Below are positions 12,620 through 24,968 of a stretch of 64,000 bases of DNA, piece after piece. This DNA comes from Zootoca vivipara (taxonomy: Eukaryota), in contig NC_083283.1 of assembly GCF_963506605.1 (NCBI RefSeq), forward strand, positions 22,940,001 through 23,004,000. The letters are read 5' to 3'. A model generated the notes under the pieces. That model was not told the DNA's origin and did not search any database. It saw nothing but the letters and a program-made list of their open reading frames with translations. The position numbers and the translations under genes are program-made. Numbering within the stretch: position 1 is the first letter of the stretch; each line of letters starts with the position of its first letter.

Positions 12620-13899
12620 ATGTGGAAATGTCTAGTGTGTCAAAACTTCTGATAGAGCAAAAAAAGTTCAACATTTCAACAGTCAGTTCACTCTTTCTGC
12701 AGTACCCACATTTTGCTTTTAAAATTGAACCCCTTTCCTACTCTTCTTCATTCTGTGCTTCAGCCGGTTCTATGTTTCTACCCCCAGAACAGCTTCCTTA
12801 GTATTTTGCTTAGTTCTCACTTTTCTTACAATATAGTTTATGCCTTTTCATGATGAGTACTTGCTTTTCATGGTTTGGGGGATTAGATATGATAGACAAA
12901 TTTGCAATAAAAATATAAAACATGATCTCCAAATCCTCTTTTGAAGCCTTGGTGGTTCTATGTATATAGCTCCCAATATAATTATTTCAGTATATCTAAC
13001 ACTCTGAAGTAGGTACTTCACATATATTGTCTAGAGAATGGCATTTGTGCTTTACCTAGTGTCACCCAGCAAATCTTTTGGAAAGTGAGGAACACCGTGG
13101 AGGCCTCTGAAGCCCAGCTGGAACCTAACCCTGGGCTTACTTTCCTTTTCCTTCCTTTATCCTTTAGAATACACCCACATAAGCTTTCCAAGAAGGCTTC
13201 AGCCCTGGTGGCACTCCAAGAAAACATTGCCAACCTTTTGTATAAGCAATCTAGCATTGCAAATTTGCCCCCCCCCTCTAATTTATGCTGTTTTGTCTTG
13301 GGAGAGGCTAGTAATGTAAGATCTTGAAAACATATCCAGCATTTGCCTTTATTGTTTTCTATGCTGAAGTTGTTGGTAATGGACATGTGGACATCATATG
13401 TTCCACAAAATACCGTAGGAAGCCAATTTGAAATGTTTCCATTTGCCTTAAGTCCAATCATGATATTTATTTTTCCATGGCACTTACCCAGATTATCCAT
13501 ACCTCCTGCTTAGCTTGTGTCACTGCCACCATGGACTAATCTGCTTGTGATCAGTTTCTTTCCAATGTATCTTACAAGCAGCTGCCTTTTGCCACAGAAC
13601 TCTTGATGCTGTTTATATTGCCATATAGCCTTAGTCTAGATTTGGGCATTCTGCTGGGGATCAGTGTCTGTATAAACTGAAAAGTTAACTTTTTATTTTA
13701 CTTTGAACATTATTAGCTATTGAACGTTGCCCTTTCCTTTTTTCAACAAGCAAGACAGCACCTGGCAACTAAATATACTTCAACATCCCCAAGGTGGTTT
13801 TGGATCATGTCTGTTACATTATTGCCTAAAACAAGGGTGGACAAATGTTCTTCTGTCAAGGCCACATTCCCTTGATTAGAGGCTGTTGATAAACTAACA

Positions 13900-14503
13900 C
13901 TAGAAGCTTTCATACCAAGATGGGTGAGCTAGAGTGCAGATATATAGTGAGCATAATGGAAACCTGGTGGAATGGAGAAATTAAGTTGGACACACTTATC
14001 TCTGGATGCAAACTCTATAGGAAATATAGAAAAGAGTGTACTCTGGAAGTGGTGTGCAACTCTACATTATAGAGTGCACAGCTAAAGGAGCTAGAAATCC
14101 CAAACAGGGCATACTCCTCCACGGAAACACTGTTAGTGGCAATACCAGGTCCCAAAAGTAATTTTGTATTGGTGATACACTATTGCCCCTCTGGCCAAAA
14201 CATCCAGGGTCTTCTTGAGATGAAGAACAAAATAAAGTGGGCACCCAAAGGAGAAAGTTTCTTAGTTATGAGTGCCTTCAGTTACCCTCACATAGGCTGG
14301 TTGGGTATATCTTCCAACTGTGACAAAGAGGTAACATGTCTGGAAACCCTAAATGACTGTGCCCACGAAGAGCTGGGCATGGAACCAACCAGAGGGGCAG
14401 CAACCCTGGACTTGATGTTAAGCAGTGCCCATGAGCTGGTGTGAGATGTAAGTGTTGCTGAATTGATTAGGAACAGTTACTACCGTGTTACAAAATTCAA
14501 CAT
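13900..14503 (+). pseudogene. Degenerate CR1 ORF2 endonuclease fragment
   Basis: Remnant motifs VMSAFSYPHIGW (GDFNYP-like) and EPTRGAATLDLML in ORF 14136-14444; left boundary approximate. Confidence 0.7.
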
Positions 14504-15177
14504 TCTATTCTATTCTATTCTATTCATTAATTAAATATCTCACTTCTGACTGGGAAAGATTGATGGAAGATAAAGGCCTTCAGTAGGTGACAAAAAGAAC
14601 AGAAAAACACCTGTTTGATTTTTAAAGGAAAAAAATTCCAAAGAGTAGGTGCCTGATATATGTAAGTAGACAGCTTACAAGAAGGTGCAACACAGGCAGT
14701 TGCCATGGCACTGAAAAATAAACCCCAACAAATTATGAGGAGAAACCAAGGTTTGCTCTTGGCTTGCTGTTCATGGTTTGTTTGGAGAGAAACAAATCAC
14801 AAGCCTGGGTTTGAACATCACAGCAAGCCACACGCTGGCTTGTTTCCTGGCAGCGCAGCAGCAGCAGAAGTGGGAGAATAGTAGAGCAAAAACTTTTCCT
14901 TCACATTAAATCACTGTTTTTATCTATGGCATACAATCAGCCAAGTGGGCCAACACAGACATACAGTTTGTGCTTGTAGTCGAGTAAGTATAGTGAACAT
15001 TCCCATATTAATGTTCCAACATTTATTTTTCTACAGTTTTGCAGAAATTGTTTAACATGAGATTATGTTTTCCCCCCACCCATGGTCTTTCGATTCCATG
15101 CAGAATGGTTTTTTTTTAAAAAAAACCACAAAACAAATGACATTGGAAAAAGGATGAAATAATTCCATTCTTTAGAG

Positions 15178-15313
15178 CAGGCACCCCCAAACTTCGGCCC
15201 TCCAGATGTTTTGGACTACAATTCCCATCTTCCCCGACCACTGGTTCTGTTAGCTAGGGATCATGGGAGTTGTAGGCCAAAACATCTGGAGGGCCGTAGT
15301 TTGGGGATGCCTG
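15178..15313. mobile_element. hAT (Charlie/URR1-like) MITE
   Basis: Near-palindromic CAGGCACCCCCAAACT...AGTTTGGGGATGCCTG; 8-bp TSD CTTTAGAG at 15170-15177 and 15314-15321. Confidence 0.9.
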
Positions 15314-17077
15314 CTTTAGAGTAGACTTTCTCTAGTGTATTATGTATAAACTGTAATATTTTCAAGGAAGATTGTTCTGAGCAAATCAGACTTACCTACA
15401 AGTGACCATTTTCTCTCCTGAATCTGTCACTCTTGTTTTGTTTGAAGTTCCATTCACTACTACCGGTATGCTCCCCTCCCCATTTCCTGTCCATAGTGGG
15501 GAAGAGCATGCTTGGCTGAACTAGGGTATGACAAACTATGGGCAGGAGTTTCCCAGTGAATTCCTTTTAGAGAAGACCTTATGCAAACATCCACAGGTAG
15601 TGAGTAAAATAGAAAAAAGACCTTATTATAGGTCTCCAAAATGTGTTTCTGTATTGTTACAAAGTCAAGTAAAAATATTTTAAACCTTTGATGTCGTTGA
15701 GTGCATAAGTAGGAAAACTTAATTGGGAATGTGTAATAAAGTAGCAGAAGGAAAGAATATATGAAATTTGGACTACAGCTTGAGTCTAATTGAAACTTAA
15801 ATAGAAAACATTTATTTCAGACATCTAAATGAGGATTTAATTAAAGTAAAATTAGCTCATCTTTTTAGTTTTATCCTTGAATAGGAAATTTGAAACATAC
15901 TTGACTTGATGGTTGGCTTTCTCTGACTTTGATTAATCACTTTCAAAGTAAGCAGAGGATCAGAACAATAATTTCATAATTACACGCCAGTGAGTTAACT
16001 TGAAACCTTAACTAAAATAACTGTAAAGGAAGTATGATGTTGGTTAGTTTCATGTGATGCTGTATATTTTTGTTACATAATTCAAATACTTACAAGTGCT
16101 AATCTGGAAAAAGAGCAGTTCCATGGTTCTATTCATTTATTTTCAGGATGTTTTAATAGGAAATTGTTTGAGATGGGAATATTAATTTCAAAGGCACTGT
16201 AGCAATAGTTAAGAGCTTATTCAACCTCCATTGATGTTGATAGATGTCTTCTTTGGTCTTCTATACACATTGGATCAGGACCTACAACTTTTAAGCTTTG
16301 TTGAAGATATATTTGATGGAACAGTCATTGTGGTTAAAGTATTCAACAAATCTTGCTCATTGTGAATTATTATTGTATGGTAATGCACTAGTTTCCTTTT
16401 CCCAAGAGAAAAGTTATAAATAAAACTCTGAACAAGCTGAAAGAATTTAAAACTGCTACAGAGCATGATTGCTTGTAATGAGAGAGAGTTAAGTCTTCCT
16501 ATGGATCAAAGTGTAAGACACAACTCTTTTGTAACATGAAGGTCAAAATGGGCCACAGCTGCTTGTAACCAGGATCTTCTGCCACATTGTGCTCTTCAGC
16601 TTGGTCATTTCCAAGGTATAACTTTTTGATCTCATGGATTGGTAAGGCTATAGCAGATGTCCTTGCCTGCTTACTTACGCCTTCAAGGTAAAATGTAAAT
16701 TCTGTAATCTTGGGAACTCCTGACGGTGCAGAAAATCTGACTGGGCTGGGGGTTGGAGGCCAACTGGAAAAGGAAGAAAGCAAACAGTCCATTGCTCATC
16801 CTGCAGTACTGATAGGGAGTCCCATTAACTTGCATTTCAGTTTCTTCTTCTTCTGGTGTGATTGGCACGCCTTTAAGATGATTGAAAGGTGGGTTGCTTT
16901 CCTTAATTTCTGGAACACAGATGTAGTTCATTCTGCTTCCTTCAGTAGTCATTAGAGACCCCTCCCTATCATGCCTCCCTATCCTATTATTACTTGCAAT
17001 TGTGAAATAGTCATTGCAAACAAAACACTACAGATAAAGCTTCTATATCACCCCTGCTGGCTGAAACATTTAGCCAT

Positions 17078-17450
17078 TGTGGCACCTTAAAGACTAAAAT
17101 ACTTATAATGGCGTAAGCATTTGTGGACTCAAGCACACTTCGCTCATTGCAACATGGCATTTTAATCAGCTGAATAAATTACAGTATTGTGAATCTGATA
17201 TCATAAAAGATGTGATATTTAACATACGTTTCAGCTGTAATAATCACTGACTTCAGTTTTTGCATCTCACTGCCATTATACTTGCACCTTTACAAGTTTC
17301 TCCTTTACATACATGCCAGCTAAGGTTTCACTTCATTCATCTGACAAAGTGGGCTTGAGTCCACAAAACACTTACGCTCTAATAAATGTGTTAGTCTTTA
17401 AGGTGGCACAAGATCTTTTATTATTTTCATGAAAAGGGACCAACATGGAA
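17078..17450. mobile_element. Older Penelope-like inverted-repeat remnant
   Basis: TGTGGCACCTTAAAGACTAA...TTAGTCTTTAAGGTGGCACA arms, decayed hammerhead CTGACAAAGTGGG...CCACAAAA, GACCAACATGG extension. Confidence 0.7.
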
Positions 17451-20400
17451 CTTCTTTGAAGATCATTAAGAAACGACAGGCGCATATATATACATGTGTG
17501 AATCAGCTGTTTGCCCCTCTTTCAACTTACAATTGAGGACTCTGCTGCCTATTGTTCTGGAGTAGACTGTTCTGTGATACGGTAGACTGTGAAATCCTAT
17601 GGCAAGATTCACCAGGACGAGCAGCTTAGAATGCAGCTGATCTCCAGCTTAGCCAGATGATTCCTGACTCAGCTGGTGTTAAGTCTCTTTAACTGTGGCT
17701 CAGCCAATGATACGCTGGCACAACTTGCTCAGCCAGCAAAAGGGGCATTCCAGAGGTGTGGCATGGGGGGGACCAAAGAGGTTGAATGCTAAGCTTGATT
17801 ATGTCACCTGGCAATACAGTGCAGAACACTATTTTTAAAGGCTTGTTTTCCCTCTATCCTGCTGAATTTGGTTTGGATCCATTGTAACTTTATGCCAGCT
17901 TACCGTGGCTTGCTCTGTGCCATCTTCTTGTTTATAAGATTGCTCTCCCAGCTAGTGTTTATGTGTATTTACTCACTGTAACCTTTTATATATGTGTTTT
18001 GTTAATAACCTTTCATTAATTCACAATTGCCTAGCTGCTCTTGTTATATGAACTTAATTGAACAATATGGCATTTCATTCTTAGGAAACAGAGTGCCGAG
18101 ATTTCTGTGGTCAATATCATAGAAAACATAGATCAAAAGTGAGATTCTTCAGTGTTTTCATTATGCATTTTAAGAACTTCTGTCAGAGTAACTGATTATT
18201 TGGGAAAGCAAAGTGCAGAGACGACTAGCAAACATCCACATTCAAAGCACTATGCTTTTAAAATGTAGCAGTACACTTATTTACCCCCTACGATTGTCAA
18301 TTTTTTTAATTGCAAAGGAGAAAAAACTATAGTCAAAAGAATATCTAAAGCTTCCATCCTGCATTTTCTTTACGAAACTTAATATAATAATTGACTTTGC
18401 CGAAATGTTAAGGTTATTTGGACTGGAAGTTGGTTAAAATATAAGACTGGGGAAAAATCTACCGTATTTAAAATCTGTACACATGTAATGTCTGTGCTTA
18501 TTCAAAGACAACATAATTCCAAGTTATGTTTTGTTGGATATGATGCATATTAAACGTAAGAGTCTTATTTAAAAAGAGGTGCCAATCAATCTAAATTTGT
18601 TGTAGCTAGAATTTGATGGTCTAAGGATAACTTATCATTCCTTTCTTGTTATAAAATAGTCAAATTTTGTAGTAGTATCAGTTAAGGAGTTTATGGAAAC
18701 TTGGTTTAGGATTGTTTAAAAGAACACAAAATCTTTAATTTGAATTTGATGGCACCTGGTTTCATTTTTGTTCCCCCAGCAACACCACTGGTACCAAAAG
18801 TTACCAGCAGACCACCCTGGTTTAAGCAAAGGATGAAATCACTCTGGTCTTTTCTTTTTATTCCTTTAGTTTGCTGACTAAATATTTAAACAGAGGTATA
18901 ACACATCTGTTATAGTTTGTGACATAGCTGTAGAGCAAGACTTTGTGGTGCATAATTTGCAATTTTTTTAAACACAGATTAATCTTAAAATTGTCTTCAT
19001 GTTTAGCACTCTAAATGAAAAGAGAATTAAACTATGATTTACATTTTACAAGGCAAGAAGTAAGAATGTGTGTTTTAAAGCAACAAGCAGCTCTTGTCCT
19101 GAGAAATAGACCTAAAAGTTCATATTTTTAGCTTGCATGGTCTATTTTTAACATTGTATGAATCCAAGGTTGCTTCCAGATGTGATTTAGTTTTCATTAT
19201 TGAGGTTCCCATGGGAAAGAGAGAGAGCCAACACAAATGTTACCTCCAGAGTTTTGCTCTTGTGCCTTTTTGACAGTGTCAGTAAGTTTACATTGACTAT
19301 GAGCATTGGTTAAAATGTTTAAAGATGTGTATGGAATTTTAAGCATTATGAGTCCCTAGCTTTGTTTTTTGGGTGGTATGTTAGAAAAGGCAGGGGCAGG
19401 GAAGGACAATAAAACCTGGAAAACCTTGGCTGCCATTCCAGGTACCATTTTTTGTTGTTGTTGAAAAATTCTCTTTGCAACGATGGTAATAAACTAGTAA
19501 AATGGAAAATGCCATGCTGTCTTAAAGGCCACACGGATTTTGTGTAGCACATGCTTCCCCTCCTTAAAAATGGTATCTAAGTGAATTGTGTATGCTGGTG
19601 GCCAAAGGGAAATTGGACAGGGGGTTATTCATTTTAAAAATAATAATTACTCTTCTGCAGTATTATATGACACCAGAATTGTCCCTTAAAAAATAGCAGT
19701 CATGGGTGAACTGATCTCTTGTATAGTATGTGTTGGGTTTTTTTCTTCCCTTTGGGAAGAATAGTTCTCTGCTAATGTAATTTGCTCTTGCTACTTTCCC
19801 AAATCAGCCAAGTTAGCTACTCCCTTGCTTGGTCTGGAGCAGATCTGCTCTGATTCCATCATGTGTAAAACACTTACCGCGCCTGGCTCAGGACCATTTT
19901 TGCTCTCCAGTTTTGTTCCAGGCTACCCAGTTATATTAAGGAGCAAGCATTTTCAGGCATTACTTGGCCCAGAACAGCCTTGCCTATCCTGGTGCACTCC
20001 AGATGTTACCTATTACAATTCCTGACCCTTGGTCATGCCAGATGGGGCTGATGAGAGTTACAGTCTAAAACAACTGGAAGGCACCATGTTGGGAAAGCCT
20101 GGCCCAGTGGAATTTTGGGCACGATCCAGCCCCTACAACCTGCATATTGAAGGCATAGTGCATATGGTCTTGCTTGGCTACATAATTTATTTATTTAATT
20201 CATATCCTGCCCTCCGTCCTAAGGGAGCCCAGGGCAGTAAGTACTTTGGTGATAAAAATACAATTAAGAATAACCCCTAAGTACATACCGTACTTAGAAC
20301 ATTTAAAAACTGTTAAAAACAATAAAACACCTGATGCGAGTTTAAAGACTGATATACCCTCAGCAAAACAGTAAAAGTTTTCAGCAGGCATCTGTTTTAT

Positions 20401-21480
20401 TTATTTGCATATTTATAATCCACACTTTGATAAAAAAACCATATCAAGGCAGTATATAACACAGAAGAATAAAATCAGCAAAAAGTATTCATAGAAAGAT
20501 CAATAAAGAACTACAAAGGAATACAGTTATGGTGCCTGCCTAATGTAAATAGGTAAAGAGTTCCAAATTGCAGGATGGACAGTGTGTGGCGCTTATAGAA
20601 GTGTGGGTTCTGCAGATTTAAGTGATCGAGTCAGCATGTTGGCGTAAGGTGATCCCTTAAGTAAGCTGGTCCTAATTCAATAACGCCACATTGAACTCAG
20701 CACGGTAGTAAACTGGCAGCCAGTGTTTTCCAATTTTTTTCTACCCATTTTCTAATTTCGAGACGAAGGAAGATACTGCCACGGAGTTGTTTTTCCAGTT
20801 GCTAGCCCTAACTCTGAATAAAAAGATCCTATGTCACAAAGAGTGGTTTGACCATCTTTCTGAATTCTGCTGATATCCTAATGGTCTATTTCTGACGTGT
20901 AGTACAGTACTTGGGGCAGAGTTTGTGCTGCATCAGTGTCTAAAAAAATCCCAGCAGGTTATTCTTGCATTAAATAAAATACTGGTATAGTATGTCACAT
21001 TCTATCTGATGCTGTTACATTTTGTAGCATTCGTTTTCCTTTGCCAAGGAGAAAGTTTAGAAATATTAAATGGTAAATGAATGCATTGATAGCCAGGCCC
21101 ACCTAATTCTATTATATATCTATTTTTATCTGTTGGAAACAAGCAAAACAATTCAAATAGTTTCTCCAACTAGATCTCATATTGTGTGCCATCCAGCCAA
21201 CATTTGCTCTTAGTTTGTAGTAGTCTGCATTTATTTTATTTGTATTGTAATCTTGGCTGTAAGGCTTTTGCTTTTAAAAGCAGGGTTTTAGCAGTAGCAA
21301 TACCAATTGCCCACAATTATTGCACTGGACACACATAACAAGGTTTTCTATGGGCAATGTTGCACCTACCTTGAAGCATAATCACATTCTCAAAACATAA
21401 ATTTGATACTATGTAGTTTTAAAACTACATAGTATGAGAGAATGCTCTTGTAGTCTGACAGGAAGTTATGTTTTCTATAG

Positions 21481-21965
21481 CAGCTTTTCTCAACCGCTGT
21501 TCCGCGGCACACTAGTGTGCCGCGAGACGCTGGCTGGTGTGCCGTGACATGCGCCGACGAGAAGGGCGATTTGCATTGTCACGTGCCTGGCGGCCGCCAA
21601 CAACCAACACTGACCCGCCGGAAAGGAAGCCGGCCGGGTCACGACGCGGGGCGAGCGCAGCTCTCAACAGCCACCACCACGGGAGGGTGGTTTTAGACAA
21701 ACTTAAAGAAGCTGGCTGGATGAGCTCAACCTGAAACTTGCTGAGCAAAGGATTGTGCTGGCAGAGAAACCAGTGGCTTGTGAAGCCTTATTACAGGAGA
21801 TTGCAACCAACACAGCAATTGGCAAGTGTTTCTTACAGTCATAATTATATAGTCAATATAGGGCGGCACAGAGTTAAATTTTTTAACTTTTTTAATGGTG
21901 GTGTGCCTCGTGATTTTTTTCATGGAACAAGTGTGCCTTGGCCCAAAAAAGGTTGAGAAACACTG
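21481..21965. mobile_element. Non-autonomous hAT (Charlie-like) transposon
   Basis: TIRs CAGCTTTTCTCAACC/GGTTGAGAAACACTG; 8-bp TSD TTCTATAG at 21473-21480 and 21966-21973. Confidence 0.9.
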
Positions 21966-23263
21966 TTCTATAGGATGCCTTAACTTGAAAAGTATACCCA
22001 CTTGTTTCAAACTGATCAGCATCTCATTGCAACATAAATATAGTACCTTATCTGCTTCTACTTTGGGTTAATTATATGAGTTGTTAAGAGTGCTGCAAGC
22101 CTCTTCAAAGCTTAGCATCTGTTACAAAATTCCATTGCTGAGGTGGTAAAGTGGTGTTCAGGCATCTAAATCAAAACTTGTATTCATTTTGTCTCTGGTC
22201 TGGTCAGGCAATGCATTTATTTGTGTGTATACAAGGTGTCATATGATGAGTGTTGGAATTTCTTGGTTGACCCATAAGCTTTGTTTTGAAATTTAATGGA
22301 ATAACAACATACTCAGTGTTCTTGCGACACTAGGCCAAGCCATGGAGCCATGGCTTAATTCTGGGTGGTAGAACAGCAGCAGAGAAGAGTGAAGTGGCTG
22401 TGATTTTTTTTTAAAAAAAAACTGGGAGTACCTGTACATTGACACATTCACCCACGGTTTGGGTTAACATTGTGTGTAAACTGAGCTGCTATGTAGATTC
22501 TGGTTTCCCCTTTGCTTATGAATCTTACTGAGTCTTGCGTTAGATATTCAGAATTCCTTTAAGCTTTTAATGCTTCAACGGCAGCCTATGGTTTCTCATT
22601 GGGGATTAGCAAATAAAGAAGATAATCAATAAAAGTAATTTAGTGTACGAAGTAATATGTTGATTTTCTTTCCCTTTGAATTTTAGCCAGAGATGGTTTA
22701 GATTATGACACCCAGTGCTTTGCCTTACGGCTGCGATTCTATAACTTTTTTCAGATGCATCAACTATGCACTGCCTAATTTGTTATGAAAGTGAAAGAAA
22801 AGTTGTTCAATAATTCTAGCTAAATTGTGCTGCTAACATATGCTTCTGATGAAATTTTGGTAATATGATAAGAATTTGAAAGAACTGTGTGATTGCTTAG
22901 GTTTAAATAACCATTTCAATGACAGTCAACTAAAGATGTATTTTCCTTCCTTTTTTGAGGATCATTTATGAGATGTTATTAAGTCCAAATGGCAGAGATC
23001 TGCCAGTAAGACATACTGAAATATAACCAGCAGAATTGTAAAATGAGTGCTCCTTGAATTTAGCATTAAGGTTAAATATAATTTTATTCAATTTATAATT
23101 TAATGCAACTTTGCTGAGGTAGTTCAGTTAAACGCATTTTGAAATCTTATTTCCATGATACAGATTTGTATTTAAACACATTTTTAATAACTGCATATGA
23201 TGGGTGCCTCTAGATTTATAATTCTTTGCTATACTGCAAATATTGTTTGATAGTGAAAGTCTG

Positions 23264-23691
23264 TGTGAGGGACAGGGGATATCGCGAAGTCCCTCCCCTC
23301 CTGAGTTCAAGCCCGTCCCCGAGCAAAGGGGAAAGCAGGGAGAGTTCCGATTCCAGTGGGGAAGCAGGAAGTCGTGTCCGAGGCTCAGGCAAGGTAGAGG
23401 AGCCAGGGTCCCAGGTGGGACAGGAAGGGGCAAGTAAGGGGGGAAGACCCATCCCCCCAACTCCAGAATTACGCAGGAAGAGGAGGGGCAAGAGGATGGG
23501 TCTGCCAAAGCTTTTGTGTTGGAGAAAGACGCGCCAAAAGCCATTAGGAGGTTCTGAAACCGACTGACAACATCGCTCCGTGTAAATAGCAATGACTTGA
23601 GCACTGTAAATACGCAGCACCAATAAAAGAATAAAATGCAGAGCTGCGTAGCGTCGTTACTCTGAAGTAGTCCACTCCGGCCACTGTGACA
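23264..23691 (+). repeat. 5' LTR
   Basis: TGTGAGG...GTGACA; no differences from 28647-29074 by visual comparison; two AATAAA signals near 23622-23635. Confidence 0.97.
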
Positions 23692-23693
23692 GC

Positions 23694-23704
23694 AACCTCC
23701 TAAT
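23694..23704 (+). promoter_or_regulatory. Self-priming primer-binding site
   Basis: AACCTCCTAAT is the exact reverse complement of LTR 23543-23553 ATTAGGAGGTT; no TGG-type tRNA PBS present. Confidence 0.8.
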
Positions 23705-23733
23705 CATTTTTGGGCTACTTTGGAGTTGCCGGG

Positions 23734-24968
23734 ATGAGCGTGTCAGAGGCGGAGAAGTGGCGGCAGATCGCTGAGCAAGCCCAGCTAGAACTGCAACAGC
23801 TGTCGCTGCAGGCGCAGGGAGAATTGAAGGCAGCTAAAGAGGAGACTAAGAAGGTCCAGGACGACCGGCTACAACTTGCGGAACAGGTGAGAGAGCTCCA
23901 GGAAAAAGAGCAGCATTTAAGGGCGGTGGCGGTAGACCTCCAAAACAAGCTGGATGCAGAGAAAAACAAGGCGGGAGGGGCACCCCAAGTCCAAGTGCTG
24001 CCAGGAAGGAGAGCCGGGACCCTAGTAAGCAAGTTCAATGGAGACCCGAAGGAGTTTCAGGGCTTTGAGACTGAGATTGTGTATGCTCTTGAGCTGCACC
24101 ACGATGAGTTCCCTGATGATGAGCACAGAGTAGCGTTTATTGTGGAGCACCTTACAGGGGCGGCCAGGGAGTGGCTAAGACCGTTAATTGCAACAAGGAA
24201 TCCTTGCATGAAGAATGTCAAACTATTTCTAGAAGGTTTGAAAACGATGTATTCGTCCGATAGTCATATGGACCAGACTAAGGAGGAACTTCATAATTTA
24301 CGCCAAGGAAATATGACAGTTCGCGCGTATTGGGCGAAATTCACCATGCTGGTGCACAGATTGGGGTGGGATCTGGAGTCTGCCCCAATGCAAGCGGCGT
24401 TTTACTTGGGGTTGCATGAGGAGGTGAAGGATGAGCTCTCGAGAGGTCCAAAGCCCAGTAATATGGATCAACTGAGCAAAGCGGCTCTGGCGGTGGGGGT
24501 GAGGCAGGAATCCAGATGGAGCGACAAGCAAGCAACGCGCGCAAAGCGGGCTTGGTTCCCACGGTCGCAGGAGAAGCCACTCCCTCAACAACCCTTTCAA
24601 GCCACGCCTGGGGCCAGTCAGGACCAGGAACCCATGCAGATTGATAGCGCGCGCGCGCGCGGGCTTTTCAAACCCCAGCGGCGCCAAGACGCAAGGAGGG
24701 AAGGGGTGGGAATTGCTTTCTCTGCAACTCCCCCCAGCATCTCGTCAGAGACTGCCCACATCGCAGGGAGTGGCAAGGAAAGGCGGGAACGGTTGTGCCC
24801 TCCCCCACTGACGCAGCACCACAGCAGGGAAACGGGAAAGCCTGGCTGCAGGAGACAAGGGGCGGCAGCCAGGCACAGTCAGCAGACAACAGCCCCAGCC
24901 CACCCACCCGCACAGAGAGGAGCAGAGCCAGCCCACCCCTCCCAGAGCAGGAGTGGTTCTCGAAGTGA
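23734..24968 (+). CDS. gag: Gag (coiled coil, capsid, CCHC knuckle), with a +2 frameshift in (GC)7 at 24647-24660 as assembled
   Basis: ATG 23734; KFNGDP...VAFIVEHLTGAAREW, LRQG..VRAY...F, EPMQID; knuckle CFLCNSPQHLVRDC lies in another frame and is restored by removing 2 bp; stop TGA 24966-24968. Confidence 0.85.
24827..24896 (+). promoter_or_regulatory. -1 programmed ribosomal frameshift signal (G GGA AAC plus pseudoknot)
   Basis: Slippery heptamer 24827-24833, 6-nt spacer, 10-bp stem 24840-24849/24865-24874, loop GGGGC 24859-24863 can pair with GCCCC 24892-24896; the -1 frame is the protease frame. Confidence 0.85.

Noticed and set aside
16480-16960. Possible ancient L1/Tx1 remnant on the minus strand (similar hints at 1-1900 and 13000-13700)
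   Set aside because: Only faint motif resemblance; cannot be supported without a profile search.
23226-23567. 113-aa ORF over the 5' LTR
   Set aside because: Simply the LTR copy of the Pol C-terminus joined to flanking DNA with a non-ATG start.
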